From Mobula birostris (lineage: Eukaryota): a stretch of DNA of 64,000 nucleotides. The stretch spans positions 94,446,969-94,510,968 of the forward strand of contig NC_092370.1 of NCBI RefSeq assembly GCF_030028105.1, in the 5' to 3' direction. Below, piece after piece: positions 13,734 to 27,104 of the stretch. The notes under the pieces are model-generated. The model was given only the letters and a program-made list of their open reading frames with translations, was not told the DNA's origin and did not search any database. Position numbers and translations under genes: made by a program. The first letter of the stretch is position 1. Every line of letters begins with the position of its first letter.

Positions 13734-16524
13734 TGATTGATTCTGGCGGATGCTATGTGATTAACCGGCGCATCGAACCTGTGGGATAGATATCTGTACT
13801 CCAGATGAATCGTTAATTCGCCTGTTAAATAATGTTAAAGTTGCAATTGTGGGTGGAGGTTTGATAAAACGGTTGGCTCAGCTCTCGTTTTAACGCAGAC
13901 CAGCGCTGAGGTAGTGGTAGCTGGTGGTGGAGGTTTCAAAGACAGGGCTCTAACATTTCTGAGGAGTGAGGGGAAAGAGTCGTTGGATTTGGGATGTCTA
14001 ATTAGTCCATGTCCCCCTGGTGAAGAGTGAGAATTCTGGGGTAGTATCCGTCCTTACCTCTCTGGCGAATAAATGGAAAACTCAGATTCAAAGTCCCAGC
14101 TATGGTAGGCTCCGCCTATTCTCTGGAATAACGCCCACCCCTAACGGGGAGGAGGAGTATGAGACTTGGGCAGAGTGGACCTCTCAGTTGTTAGATGAGT
14201 GGCAGTGTTCTGATGATGAAAAGCAACAGAGATTGGTTGAGAGTTTAAATGGGCGGGCTGCTGACGTTGTGACAGCCTTCAGGTTAAAATATCCCCTAGC
14301 AACCTGTGAGCACTGGAAAGCTCTTTTGGCCCAACAGGAAGCCCAATGGAGCTCATGGTGGGGTTCCAGAACATGCGTCAGGAGAAGGGGGAGAAGCTTT
14401 CTGCTTTTATTTTTCGGCTAGAGAAGCAGCTAAATTGCTTGCAGCACAGAGGGGTCATTCAGGCGGCTGAGGTGGATCAGTTAAGAGTGGACCAGATAGC
14501 CAGGGGTGTCCAGTCCCATGACCTGATTGCTTGGGATCTCCGACAATCTCATAAGATGCACCCCCCTCCTTCTTTTGTTGAGCTGATCAGAGAGGTACAG
14601 GAAGAGGGGAACGCCGCGGCGGCGTGGGAGGACTCTGTCAGCAGGGTACAGTCCCTGGTAGTGGTCCCCTGCGGTGATAGCCTACCCCGGGGAGCGGTAG
14701 AGGAGACTGTGACAGAGTTGAGAACGGAGATATGTCAGCTGTTATCAGCGGGTGTGACCCCCCCCCCATATGATGGAGCTGATGGGGGGGGGTGGATCCC
14801 CCAAGGGGACAAACAACGTGGAGAGCTGCTGGCAGCAGGTGTCACGCCAGATGGAGAGTGAGCCCCTGGGTACTTAAGCAGAGGAAGTCCTTGGGAAAAC
14901 AGAGGAGACCCAGTGAGGGAACAGCCTGGTGTCCCTGGTGGAACAATGTACCAAGGAACCCCTGAAAGCAAAAGGCCCAATTCCTGAAGGCTTAGTGGGT
15001 CCATGCTCCAGTGTGTTGCTACAGATAGAGGGTATTTATGCTAAAGCCATACTCGACACTGGGTCGCAGGTCACGTTGTTGTACTGTTTGTTTTACAACT
15101 GGTATTTGAAGCATTTACCCTGGGAACATTGTCTGCGCACTCGGGGTTTCGAGCTGCTTTTGAGGAAGTGCGTGGCTGCATTAGGCTAGATACTGAATTT
15201 AGACGAGGGTCTGTGTGGTTCACCCAGTCAAAGCCAATGGTAGTACGGCCCGGGGAAGTAGCGAGATAGATGGGGACCCTCAAATTTCCTGCAAGCCTGA
15301 GAGCAAGGCCCTCTTAGTGGATACTCTGAAAGACCATGAGGATGAGTCAGGATTTCCTGCTGGTGTACTGGTGAGGCCTGAATTGCAGAAGCCTTCAATT
15401 GTACAGGCAAGCAGGATGGCAGTGATTGTCAGGAACACTATGAAGAGGGAGGTCACCTTCAAGCCGAGGATGCCCCTGGTGCTTCTGTTCCCAGTAATGG
15501 TAATGTCTAGTGTCCCTGTGAGACATGCCGGGGAGAAACTATTGGAAAAAGGGGGAAAGTTGACTGAGTCATTCAACTTCAGGGACTCCCCGGTTCCTCT
15601 GGGTTGGAAGAGGAGGTTGGTAGAGAAGATTTTGAAACTGGAAGGTGTCTCTTCCACTGACGAGTTTGATGTTGGTTGTTCCAAGAGCATGTGTCACACT
15701 ATCTGGGTGACCGAGGACAGAGGTCTCGGCAACTGGCTCCTGCAGAGGCGGAGGATGTTCGGCAGCACTTGTGAAAGTTGAAGGAAGCTGGGATCATCAC
15801 TGAGTCCTGAAGCCCCTATGCGTCCCCAGTAGTACTGGCCAGAAAGAAGAATGGGAATGTATGGATGTGTGTTCGCACCGTCCCTGACCAGTATACTGTC
15901 CCGAGGATTGAAGATGCACTGGCCTGCCTGAGTGGTGCGAAGTGGTTCAGTGTGCTGGACTTGAGGAGTGGATATTACCAGATCCCCATGAGTGAGGCCA
16001 ACAAAGAGAAAATGGTATTTATATGTCCCCTGGGATTTTTCCAGTTTGAAAGGACGCCCTAGGGCATCTCAGGAGCTCCTGCAAACTTCCAGCGGTTCAT
16101 GGAGAAGACGGTGGGGGATATGAACATGCTTGAGGTATTGATGTATCTGGATGACCTCATAGTGTTCGGATCCACCTTGGAAGAACATGAAGTGAGGCTG
16201 CTGAAGGTGCTGGGCTGCCTGAAAGCTGAAGGGTTAAAACTTTCCCTTGACAAGTGCCAGTTCTGCCAAACGTCTGTTAGCTATGTTGGGCACATAGTCT
16301 CACGGAATGGAGTACCTACATTTTCGGCTAAGATAGAGGTGGTAACCACATGGCCAAGACTCCAGACTGTGAGTGCTCTGAGCTTGTTCCTCGGGTTCTA
16401 TGGTTACTACGGAGGTTTGTGAAAGGCTACATGAAAGTGAGTCACCCATTGAATCAGCTTCTGTGTGGTTACCCTCCCTTGGGGAAGAAAGGGAGGGGGG
16501 GATAAAGGACAGAAGGGTGGAGAA

Positions 16525-17730
16525 CACTGATCCCTCTAAGCTGTGCACATGTGTGTGTGCACTCACATTTTTCAACCAGTGCACAAAGGAAATTAATGTG
16601 CTTATAAAAGGTTAGTTACCTAAAATAATGTAGTAATTAATAATTATACTTATTGAAAATAATCTTTTAGCTACCTGTTTCTGTTAACTAGTTAGTCAGT
16701 TTTTCAAATACCACAACGCACGTCATTAATTTATGTCACCTCACCATTCCTGTTCCAGTTTGTACAGCTGCCTCACGGCGGCAGCCACATTTGGCGGACA
16801 ATGTTCATATAGTAAAGTTTACAAAGATCTGTTTCAAATCTTGTAGATAGCTTACTAAGTTTTTATTGAAAAAATATTGATTCACTATGTCAAATTCAAA
16901 AGAAGTGAAGGGCGTGAAGCGCAAAAGAATTGCAAATTTGATTTGCGCGAGGCAAAATTAACAAGATAAGAAAGCAGTATCTGGGAGACAATGTTTTGTG
17001 GAGTGACAAAGTTAAAGTTTTGCTAAGCCAACAACGTGAAGAAAATGTCACAGTAGATACAAGTTTGCTGTTGACTTTTATAAATAGGCTTTGTGTTCAT
17101 TTAGAAGAAAGGTTTCCTGAAGGTGAGGTACAAGAATGGTCAGCTTTTGATTTCTCCACAATTGCAGAACGTGACTTCACATTTGGCGATGAACAAGTTA
17201 ATGCCTTATGTCTAAAATATCATGATTTTCTAGCTGAAAATACTGTAATAGTTAGACAGTTTAATGGTTTCAAATTTCCCTTGCAAGAAAAAATTAAATC
17301 CAAACTGATTTCAAACTTTACTCAAGTGGTGGCATTTGTACTTCAAAATGAACAGTTTTGCGACCCTGCACAGTTGATGGACATTGGGGGAACCTTTCTT
17401 GTGTCTAGTGCAAACTGTGAGCGAGGTTTTAGCCTAATGAATCAACTCAAAAACAAGCTGAGAAACTGTTTAGGTGAATGTCATTTGGATATGTTAATGA
17501 GAATCAAAAGCTATCAATTGGATGGAAGTTCTGTTAGTCTAGATAGAGTTTACAAAGAATAAGTAAATTCCAAAGACAGGAGAGAGAAAAAATAACTGAG
17601 TGACTTAAATATGTATGTTATTTTGTTGTTATTCTGTGCAGTTTTATGTCAAGTATTTTGTAAACCTACATAAACTGTGTCATGTGTGCATTCAGTGCGC
17701 ACATACTTTTGTCACAGGAAAAAAATCATC
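16525..17730 (+). mobile_element. hAT DNA transposon fragment (ZNF862/hATC-like transposase C-terminus) nested in the Gypsy pol
   Basis: Abrupt AT-rich block starting cactgatccctctaag (TIR-like); ORF 16996-17562 ends SSANCERGFSLMNQLKNKLRNCLGECHLDMLMRIK, the hAT dimerisation motif; right boundary approximate. Confidence 0.8.
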
Positions 17731-19508
17731 ACCGAGATGATCTGGGCATCAGTACCACTTGGGCAGCAGTTGAAAAGGGAGACATGGCTCAGGCAGAGAA
17801 GGTGAAACATGCGTCGGTCCCTCCATTACTGCAAGAATGGCCTAGGTTGGAGTTGAAGAACTAGATCTTGTACTGGGTCACATCACCTCCGGACTGACCT
17901 TGGCGTTGCTAGCTGGTTTTGCCCGAGAAGTATTGGAGGATTGCGTTGAAGTCACTTCATGATGATTCTGGACATTTGGGAGTGGAAAAGACCTATGGAT
18001 TGTTCAGGGACCTTTTTTACTGGCCCCGAATGAAATTGGAGGTCGAAGGATACTGCAAGTCAGGCATTCGATGCATACAGCGGAAGGCACTGCTGACGCA
18101 GGCGAGCCTTTGTCCCACCTGCAGAGTGTGGGTCCTCTGGACCTGGTGTGTATGGATTTCCTGTCAATAGAACCTGATGCCAGCAACACGGCGAATGTCT
18201 TAGTCATCACGGACCACTACACCAGATATGCTCAGGCTTTTCCTACCAAGGACCAGAGGGTGTCTACAGTGGCCAAAGTGTTATGGGAGAAGTATTTCAT
18301 CTCTTATGGCCTCTCCAGACAGATACATAGTGATCAGGGACGGGATTTTGAGAGCAGACTCATCCATGAGTTACTGGGCATGCTTGGAGTCAAGAAGTCG
18401 AGGACCACGCACTATCACCTGCAGGGTGATTCCCCGCCAGAGAGGTTTAATTGGACCTTGTTAGACATGCATCTGGTTCACAGTTATAACTGCACACAAA
18501 ATGAAGCTACTGGGTGCTCGCCATATTATCTGATGTTTGGGCACGAGGCGAGGTTACCTATTGGCCTTTGTTTTGGGACTGACGAGGGTGACTTACCCCT
18601 GAAAACTTATCTGAAGTTTGTGTCTGACATGAGAAGAGAGCTGAAAAGGGCTTATGAATTAGCTGGGTTCGCGGCTGCCAAGCAGAATCAAGGGAATAAG
18701 AGGAGGAATGATCAAAAGGTGAGGTCCTCCCAACTCCTGCCGGGAGACAAGAGTCCTCATAAGCTGGCGACTGCTGGGCAGCTACACCCTATGTGGTGGA
18801 GAGTCAGATGCCAAACCTACCAGTTTTCCGGGTGAAACCAAAGGAGGGGAATGGACCTCTCAAGATTCTCCATCGCAACCACCAGTTGCTGTGGGTCAAG
18901 AGGCGCAAGTAGACCCAGAGCCCAACTTGGAGCCCACACCTCGTAAGAGGACTCTGCAGAAATGGGGGGTGACTACCGGGCCCCCAACAGGTGAGGTTAG
19001 GCTGGCCCCAACCCCTGAGAGGAATACTGATTCGGAAGATGAGGACCTGGATGTGTGGTATATACTGCCTTTCGCTAACTCCCCATTGATTGGGGAAGAG
19101 ACTCCCGGTCCTTCTCCCATTGAGTCAGATGAAGTGGGGGTGGGGGCTATCTGTGGGCAGCCTGGGTTACAGTGGGACTCTGCAGGGTTTGATCACGGAA
19201 CAAAGGGCTTTGAGTTGCAGGTTGGCACGAATGATAGATCAGGGGAGGCCCCGCCAGGTAGACCAGAAGTATCCACAGTAGTGTCTGAACCTGAAGAGAT
19301 AGATGAAGGGGTGCGGAGGTCTCAGAGAATTAGGAGACCACCGGATAGGCTGGCCTATGTAGCAACAGGGGAACAGAGTGTAACCCCTACCATTTTCAGG
19401 AGCCATGTCACTGCCTTTTACACCTGGATTGGGCTTTGTGTTTTGCAGGAAGGGTTGGTGAATTATCTCAACATCATGAGGACATGACTAAATTTGGTGG
19501 GGGTAGAG

Positions 19509-20061
19509 TGTAACATGCTGTAAGATTTCACTGCGAATGTAATGGACTCTCTGTAGCAGCAATGTTTGGGTTATGACTAGAGATAACGGGGCTTTGGCAT
19601 GTGGGGACTATCCAATGAGAGAAATATTGTTCTTTCTTGTGGTTCTGGAAGAGAGAGTTTCGCGGTCTTTTGTTGGGGAGAGATGAGGAGAGAAGACGCG
19701 AGTGGAAAGAGTTGGTGGACCGTCGGACGGAGTGGGCATGGAGCGAGTGTCCGAAGGTCAGCAACGATCGGAGGAGGTCGCTGGTGGACAAACGGCTTAT
19801 CAGTGAGTTCCAACATTGTGCAATAGGCTGTTTCATGAGAATGGGCCCTTTTTTTGTTTTCTTTGCTAACCATATCGTCAAATTAAGAATTATAAAGCTC
19901 AATCATTTAATCACATATTGTGTACTGTTTGTTATTTTATGGTACTGATTTGCAACAGGGGACACATCACACAGCATCCACCAAAATGAGATTTCTTAAG
20001 TTTGGCCGGGCCAGGGGCTATCATCCCCTATATTAAGCTGTTAGCCAAAGCGAGATTTACA
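19509..20061 (+). repeat. 3' LTR of the Gypsy element
   Basis: Preceded by the purine-rich tract ggtgggggtagag; TG...CA termini; followed by TSD AGTA. Confidence 0.92.
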
Positions 20062-20329
20062 AGTAGAACACAATTTAACCTACTCCAAGAACAACTGAAT
20101 GCTTCCCTCCCACACAGCCTTCCAGCTTTCTTTCACCCATGTGCCTATCCAAGAGTTTCTTTAATGTGCCTCTACCACCAACCTTGGCAGCACATTCCAC
20201 GCACCATCATTCTCTGTGAAGAAAACCTATCTCTGACATCCTCCCCATACTTTCTTCCAATCACCTTGAAATTAAGCCTTCTTGTATTAGCTATTTCCTG
20301 CTGGATTGAAAAATATCTGCCTCTTTCAA

Positions 20330-20740
20330 GACCAGCTCAGCATCCTATCAAATGTCCTGTTGTAGCCCATGACAACCTTCTACACAACACCACCAACCTT
20401 CGTGTCATCTACCCACCATTCCACTTCCGTGTCTAAGTCATTTATAAAAATCACAAAAAGTAGGAGACCCAGAAGAGATCCCTGCAGATCACCACCAGTC
20501 ACTGATCTCCAGGCAGAATATATTCCACCTGTGTCCATGCTCTGCCTCTGCAGGCAAGCCAGTTCTGAATCCACACAGCCACGTTTCTCTGGATCCCATA
20601 TCTCCTGACTTTCTGTATGAGCCTTCCATGGGGGAACCTTGTCAAACGACTTACTAAAATCCAGATACACTACACCCACTGTTCGGCCTTCATCAGTCTG
20701 TTTTGTTACTTCCTTGAAGAATTAAATCAGGGTTAATCAT
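20330..20740 (-). mobile_element. CR1 RT fragment
   Basis: VVYLDFSKSFDKVP...QGSLLGLLLFVIFINDLD...DDTKVGGVV. Confidence 0.75.
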
Positions 20741-21021
20741 GACCTGTCACTCATTATGCCCTGCCCACTAACCTAATCAGCCTTTATTTAGGCTGTATTT
20801 AAATGTTTATTTAAATTAATTTTTGCATCGTAATGTGGTAGAACTTTTTCATTTTATAACTTATAGATTTACTACTTTGTATCTTCTGTGGTAGCAGTAA
20901 TTTGATCATTCCACTAATGAATTTGAAGAAATTTCTCCCAGACATATTTAGTTTTAAGTGTTTATTATTATAAGGGAATGGTGTAATTTCTCATAGTTGT
21001 TCTACACTTGTGCTTACTCAC

Positions 21022-21120
21022 ATTCTGAAAGTCAACACCAGCACCAAGCTCTACCATGAGTTTAGCCAATTCTAGATCTTTCTTTCTGCAGCAAACATGT
21101 AAGACTGTATCCCCATCATC
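21022..21120 (-). CDS. trpn1: TRPN1 ankyrin exon (DDGDTVLHVCCRKKDLELAKLMVELGAGVDFQN)
   Basis: 99 bp, phase 0, ttccag| ... |gtgagt; resembles NompC GD.ALH.ACRRRD.DM...LVDYG..VD.QN. Confidence 0.92.
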
Positions 21121-21599
21121 CTGGAAAGGAAGGCAGACGGTTAGGTGGATATTTCTTCTTTTTAAAAAGCTCTTCCACGTAAATGATTTTCCAAAGTCCA
21201 TGTCAACCCAGTGCTTCAGAAAAGCAAACAGATGGCTTTGAATTATCCGATACCACAGAGTGTCAACAAAGTCACAACTCTTTAAAATGTATTCAATGGA
21301 AACGGAACAAGACAGTTACAAACTGAATTGTTGATTCACTTTCATCCATATTGCACCATACTACAGAGTTCAAAGTTTATTAAACCAGCTCATGCCTGGA
21401 ACAAGTGAGATGAATCATCTTCATGAATCATTTAATTTTTATTTGCATAATTTGTCCTCTTTTGCACATTAGTTATTATTCAGTCTTTGTATATGTAGTT
21501 CTTCATCAATACTAATGTATTATTTGAATTTTAAATTCCACATAAAGAAAGCAGCCAGAGCAACATTTGTACACAAGAAATATTGAAAAGGTACATCCG

Positions 21600-22090
21600 T
21601 TTCTGTCACATAATGATGCTGAAAACCTAATTCATGTCTTTATATGGAATAGACTAGATTACTACAATGCACTTTTTACTGGCCTTCCAAAGTAATCTAT
21701 TGACAAACTTCATCTCATTCAGAATGCTGCTGCAAGAATTTTAACTAGAACCAGGATGAGGGGGCATACAACTCCTGTCCTAACCCCTCTGCATTAGCTT
21801 CCTGTATCTTTTAGAATTAATTTTAAATTTTTCTTCCTTGTTTTGAAGCTCTCAATAGTTTGGGACCAGAGTACATCACAGAATTGCTTTTGTTTTATAA
21901 CCCCACTCAAGTTCTTGAATCTTCTTCTGTTGAACTCTTAAATTTAAATAATCTCCCTCAAAAGATAGTTGGCAGGTCAGTTTTTTTGAACTACATTCCA
22001 AAGCTGTTGAACTCAATACCAAAACTATAAGGGATACAGACTCAGTTGACACTTTTAAACACTAGCTCAAAACCTATTTAATATCCTTAC
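21600..22090 (+). mobile_element. L2-like LINE ORF2 3' fragment, degenerate
   Basis: Translates as LIHVFI.NRLDYYNAL.TGLP...KL.LIQNAAARILT...PVSFRINFK, the typical L2-clade C-terminus. Confidence 0.65.
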
Positions 22091-24424
22091 GATTCACTAA
22101 CATCACTTTGTCTTTTATTTTCATGTTCACACTTTATCCCATTGTAAACCACTTCAGACTACATTGTTTGTATGAAAAGGGCTTTATATGTTTGTAAATA
22201 AATGATTATAATTATTATTATTATTTCTTCACTTTTCCCGTAAATACCTGTAAAAATGAATTTCAAGGTAGTATATGATAACATATAAATACTTTGATAA
22301 TAAATTTACATTGAAGCTTACTTCTCAACTGGATAGCAGTGTGAATTCTGGTGCCTTTGCAGTTGTCAGTACATGACCAGAAGGGCATGGTTCAGGACTT
22401 CCAACAGAAATCCACATACAAGGTAATGGCTTTACTTAACATAATAGTGGAATTAAAGGATGAAGATTATTTCACAAAGCTCAGGATCCCTATGGACATC
22501 ACTACCAAAATGCAGTCTTTTTCATATTCTTCCAATGAATTTGGAGGGTTTTGCAGAGGCAGTGTTATCTTTCTGGTGTTCCAAGTCCCTGCTATATGTA
22601 ATGCATGTAAGCATGTAAGAGGTTAGGGGTCAATGCTGCCCAGCCAACCATAATTTTATGCTAGGACTGAGGTCTTGAATTTCAAACACCTTTTCCTCAA
22701 ACAACCAAAGACTAAGCTAATCCATTAACGGCAATAGAATATTTTATCATTAATGTTTGATTGTGCTGGGGGTGGTTCTCAAGACAGGGAAAGTGGTTTA
22801 AGTTTAATTGTCATTCAACCATACACATGTATACAGTTAAACAAAGAGCATTCCTCCAGGGGCAAAGCGTAAAACTCAGTACACGTAGTCACACATAGCC
22901 CACAGCACATACAGTCATAAAACAATATTAGCACAAATCCCTGAGTGACATGGCCTACAGATTAATGGTGCATGGGATATTGTCCTAGAGCCACGTTCCT
23001 GCAAAAACAAGCACACAGCAGTTTTTCATCTCGCAATCCAGGCAATGAACACTGGAGAGCAGCAACGATGTGAGAGCTGGCGAGACGCCAACCCAGCAAA
23101 GATGCTAGCACGTCTGCCACACCTCTGTTCTCTCCCACACACAGGGGTGCCTCCTCCCCTGGGTGGCTGTCACAGGAAACCCCACACAGCTTCCCTGCCG
23201 TCAGTCTTGCTAAATGATCCAATGAATTGAACTTGCAGTATTTTGTACTACCAATGTTCAACAGGGTCTTGTCATTGCGACCAAGTGCACCGCTATCTTA
23301 CCAGAAATAAGAAGATGGTAATGTCTTGTGTTAGCTGATGCAGAAGAGATGTCTTCTGTGGTAGGTTCTATTTTACTTATGACAGCAGATCCTTTACCCA
23401 CAAAGGTATTGGTTAAAGAGAAAATTTATCACACAGATTATCGTAAATGTAAATAGAGAGAAAGTATTTAGAATAAATCACATTGACTTAGTCAATTGTA
23501 GCTAGTCTGCACATGATATAGAATTATGCCTGCAATCACCACACAACTCCTTTCATACTTTAGCCAAATAAATCTGTTTCCAATACTCTACCAAAGTGTG
23601 CAATTACAGCTCAGGGTGTTGTTTAGTTTAATGTTGTCCTGTTGTTTAGAAAAGGTAGCAAGGACAAGCAAGGGAACTACAGACCGCTCTGCTTGACATC
23701 AATAGTGGGAAAGTAACTAGAGGGAGTTTTGAAGGATAGCATTTGGATAGAAGGAGTTCGATTTCGCTTGTACAACTGGCCCGGCTGCGAAGTTGGATTG
23801 CTCTGGACACTGAGCTGATTTGAAGAGCTTGAGAGCGGCTTTCGGCTGTGCGATAAAATCTGGGCCTGGAGCAAGTTGCTAGGCAGCGTGGTCTAGGCCT
23901 GAAGCCTTTCGCAACAGCGGTACCTGTGTCCTAGTGTGAGGTATGAAACGCTGTTTAGACAACTTAAACATCGACCCAGATGGGAGGTGAGAGCCGATTT
24001 CTTTCACTCTCTGCAATCTTCACTCCTATCTCCAGGCATGAAGCCTTTCACTGTTCCGTTGTTGAGTCAATTTAAATGCCGGGCCAGATAAACTGAAAAG
24101 ACAGGGTATCAACACACACAAAATATGCTTGTGAATGCAGCATGCCAGGCAGCATCTATAGGAAGAGGTACAGTTAACGTTTCAGACTGAGACCCTTCGT
24201 CAGGACAACTGAAAGAAGAGATAGTAAGAGATTGGGGAGGGGGAGATCTGAAATGATAGGAGAAGACAGGAGGGGGAGGGATGGAGCTACGTGCTGGAAA
24301 GTTGATTGGCAAAACTGATACCAGGCTGGGTATCAGTTGAGATGAGAGCAAATTTTACTCGTTCTCTATGATGGCACTCCTCCCTCCATGGCGCTGAGGC
24401 TTGGCCTCAGCTGCTGTGCTTCAT

Positions 24425-25170
24425 AAGACCATAAGACATAGGAGCAGAATAAGGCCATTCAGCCCATCATCTGCTCTGCCATTCCATCATGGCTGATCCC
24501 AGATCCCACTCAACCCCATACACCTGCCTTCTTGCCACATCTTTTGATGCTGTGACTGATCAGGAAACCGTCAACTTCCGCCTAAAATATACTCATGGAC
24601 TAGGCCTTCACTGCAATCTGTGGCAGAGCATTCAGAATCAGAATGGGAATCAGGTTTATTATCACCGGCATGTGATGTGAAATTTGTTAACTTAGCAACA
24701 TCAGTTCAATGAAATACATAATATAGAAGAAAAAAAGAAATAAAATAATAACAATAAAATAATAAACAAATAAGTAAATCTTTATACAGTATACGTATAT
24801 TGAATAGATTAAAAATTGTGCAAAAAACAGAAATACTCTATATTAAAAAAAGTAGTGGGGTAGTGTCTAAGGGTTCAATGTCCGCTTAGGAATTGGATAG
24901 CAGAGGGGAAGAAGCTGTTCCTAAATCGCTGAGTGTGTGCCTTCAGGCTTCTTCCAGCATTCCACAGATCCACTAAACTCTGGATAAAAAAAAATTCCTC
25001 CTTACCTCTGTTCTAAAAGGTCGCTCCTCAGTTTTGAGGCTGTGTCCTCTAATTCTAGATACCCCCACCATAGGAAACATTCTCTTCTCACCGTATCTAG
25101 TTCTTTCAACACTCGGTAGGTTTCAATGAGATCACACTACATTCTTCTAGATTCCAGTGATACCGGCCCA
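24425..25170 (-). mobile_element. CR1 3' fragment interrupted by a Rex1-type 3' end (about 24632-24950)
   Basis: CR1 tail on both sides of a cagaatcagaat...aggggaagaagctgttcc segment that resembles 6900-7170. Confidence 0.6.
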
Positions 25171-25868
25171 AATTAGTGAGTACAGACTCCATGGCCACTA
25201 AGATGTTGAACTGATAAGCGAAGCTTTGAGCCTACTGGGGTCTGCTCTGGGGTTTGGATCTGAGGACTCAATTGTGGTTCAAAATGCTGATGTTCGCTTC
25301 AGTTGCTTCTATGATTTTTTTTCTTTCTCTTGTGCATCTTTTAATTTTAATTATTTATTTATTATTTAATTATTATTCTTTTTTTCTTTAATCGGTTCTT
25401 TGGGGTTTCTTGTTTTGTTGTATCTGTGAGCAATTAAGTCTCAAGGTTGTATAATTTATACATTGTTTGATAATAACTGTAATTGAATCTTGGCTCTTCA
25501 TGAGGAAGAGTCAATTTGGCTTTCTGCGTGGAAAGTTGTGTTTAATAGATTTTTTTAGAGTATTTCAAAGAAGTAACCAAAAGTTGGGTGAGGGTAGGGC
25601 AGTGGATGTTGCTTACTTGGACTTTAGCAAGGCCTTCGACAAGTCCTGCATGGTAGACTGATCTGGAATGTTAGGCCCCATGGAATTTAGGGAGAACTAG
25701 TTAGGTGGGTTCAAAATTGACTCATAGATAGGAAGCAGAGTGTGGTGGTTGAAAGTTACTTCCCAGAATAGAGGCCGGTGACTGGTGATATACCACAGGG
25801 ATCAGTGTTTGGGCCCTTATTATTCATTATTTATATCATAGATAATTGGTTTTGACTATTGTTATGTA

Positions 25869-26423
25869 CACTCAATGGCCACTTTATTAGATACACCTAC
25901 TCTTTGATGCAAATATCTAATCAGCAGATCAACTCAATGCATAAAAGCATGCAAACGTGGTCAAGAGGTTCAGTTGTTGTTCAGAAAAAAACATCAGAAC
26001 GGGGAAGAAATGTGATTAAAGTGACTTTGACCATGGAATGATTGTTGATGCCCAATGTTGTGGTTTGAGTATCCCAGAAACCACTAATCTCCTGGGATCT
26101 TCATGTACAACAGTCTCTAGAGTTTACAGAGAATTTTGTGAAAAACAAAAAGAAAAATCCCGTGAGCAGCAGTTCTATGGGCAAAAATGCATTGTTAATG
26201 AGAGAGTTCAGAGGTGAGTGGCCAGACTGATTCAAGCTGACAAGAATGTGACAGTAACTCAAATAACCGTGTGTTACAACAGTGATGTGCAGAAGAGCAA
26301 ATCTGAATGCACATCACATTGAACCTTGAAGTGAATAAGTTACAGCAGCAGGGGGTCACAAACATACACTCATTAGCCACTTTATTAGGTACAGGAGATA
26401 CTTAATAATATGGCCACTGAGTG
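25869..26423 (+). mobile_element. Internally deleted Tc1-family transposon inserted in a CR1 remnant (about 25505-26590)
   Basis: TIRs CACTCAaTGGCCA ... TGGCCACTGAGTG, TA dinucleotides on both flanks, degenerate Tc1 transposase N-terminus (G.KCD.SDFD.GMIV). Confidence 0.8.
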
Positions 26424-26999
26424 TATATGGAATGAGCTGCCAGAAGAAGTGGTTGAGGCAGGTGCAATAGTATCGTTTAAGAAGCACTTGAATAGATATA
26501 TGGAGGACTGGGGCTTAGCAGGATATGGGCCAAAAGCAGGAAATTAGGACTAGCTGGGTTGGCACTGTGTTCAGCATGGACTGGGTGGGTTATATCCGTA
26601 CTGCATTGCTCTTTCACTTATTTTCAGCATTTTGAGAGCATCAAAGGAGAATTAATAGACCAATCCAAAATAAATGTGATCTTCTGAATGACCTCATACT
26701 ATCCCAACATTGAGAAGAAACTTACTATGGATCCAATACAGAATACACCAATGGGGATAAAAGATTCTACCCCCAGCATGAAAACAAAGCAGGTTTGTAT
26801 TTACAGGGAAGAATAATATCAAATTATTTCAGGTGCCTCATTGGAGATTAAGTAGGTACTCTCAGCAGAGCCAGCATTGAAATTTTTGCAGTGAGAACAA
26901 ACATTAGTATGGTGGACCAATGAGTTTGCTTCATTTGTTGGCAAGCCCTATAGGACAATGTTCTGACAGCGCTTGACCCTGGGCCCAGATAACCTGTAC

Positions 27000-27104
27000 C
27001 TTCCGTTGCGTCCTGAGTTGTAGACCAGCATTAACACTGAGTAGTTCCTTGCACACTGCGACATTACCAACTTCAGCACTGAGAAACAAGGGAATGCAGC
27101 CATC
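27000..27104 (-). CDS. trpn1: TRPN1 ankyrin exon (DGCIPLFLSAEVGNVAVCKELLSVNAGLQLRTQRK)
   Basis: 105 bp, phase 0, tcatag| ... |gtacag; resembles NompC G.IPL.LA.E.GN...C.ELL....QL. Confidence 0.9.

Larger units (their letters stand above)
13151..20061 (+). mobile_element. Gypsy LTR retrotransposon with both LTRs, PNMA-like gag and degenerate pol
   Basis: LTRs 13151-13715 and 19509-20061 (TG...CA); 4-bp TSD AGTA at 13147-13150 and 20062-20065; PBS tgggggctcgtccg; polypurine tract before the 3' LTR; gag (YGRLRLFSG..PNGEEEYETW), protease ILDTGSQVT, RT YLDD, integrase LVCMDF..IHSDQGRDFES. Confidence 0.95.

Noticed and set aside
16996-17562. Possible host ZNF862-like domesticated gene
   Set aside because: Only a C-terminal transposase fragment embedded in a Gypsy element, with no convincing exon structure
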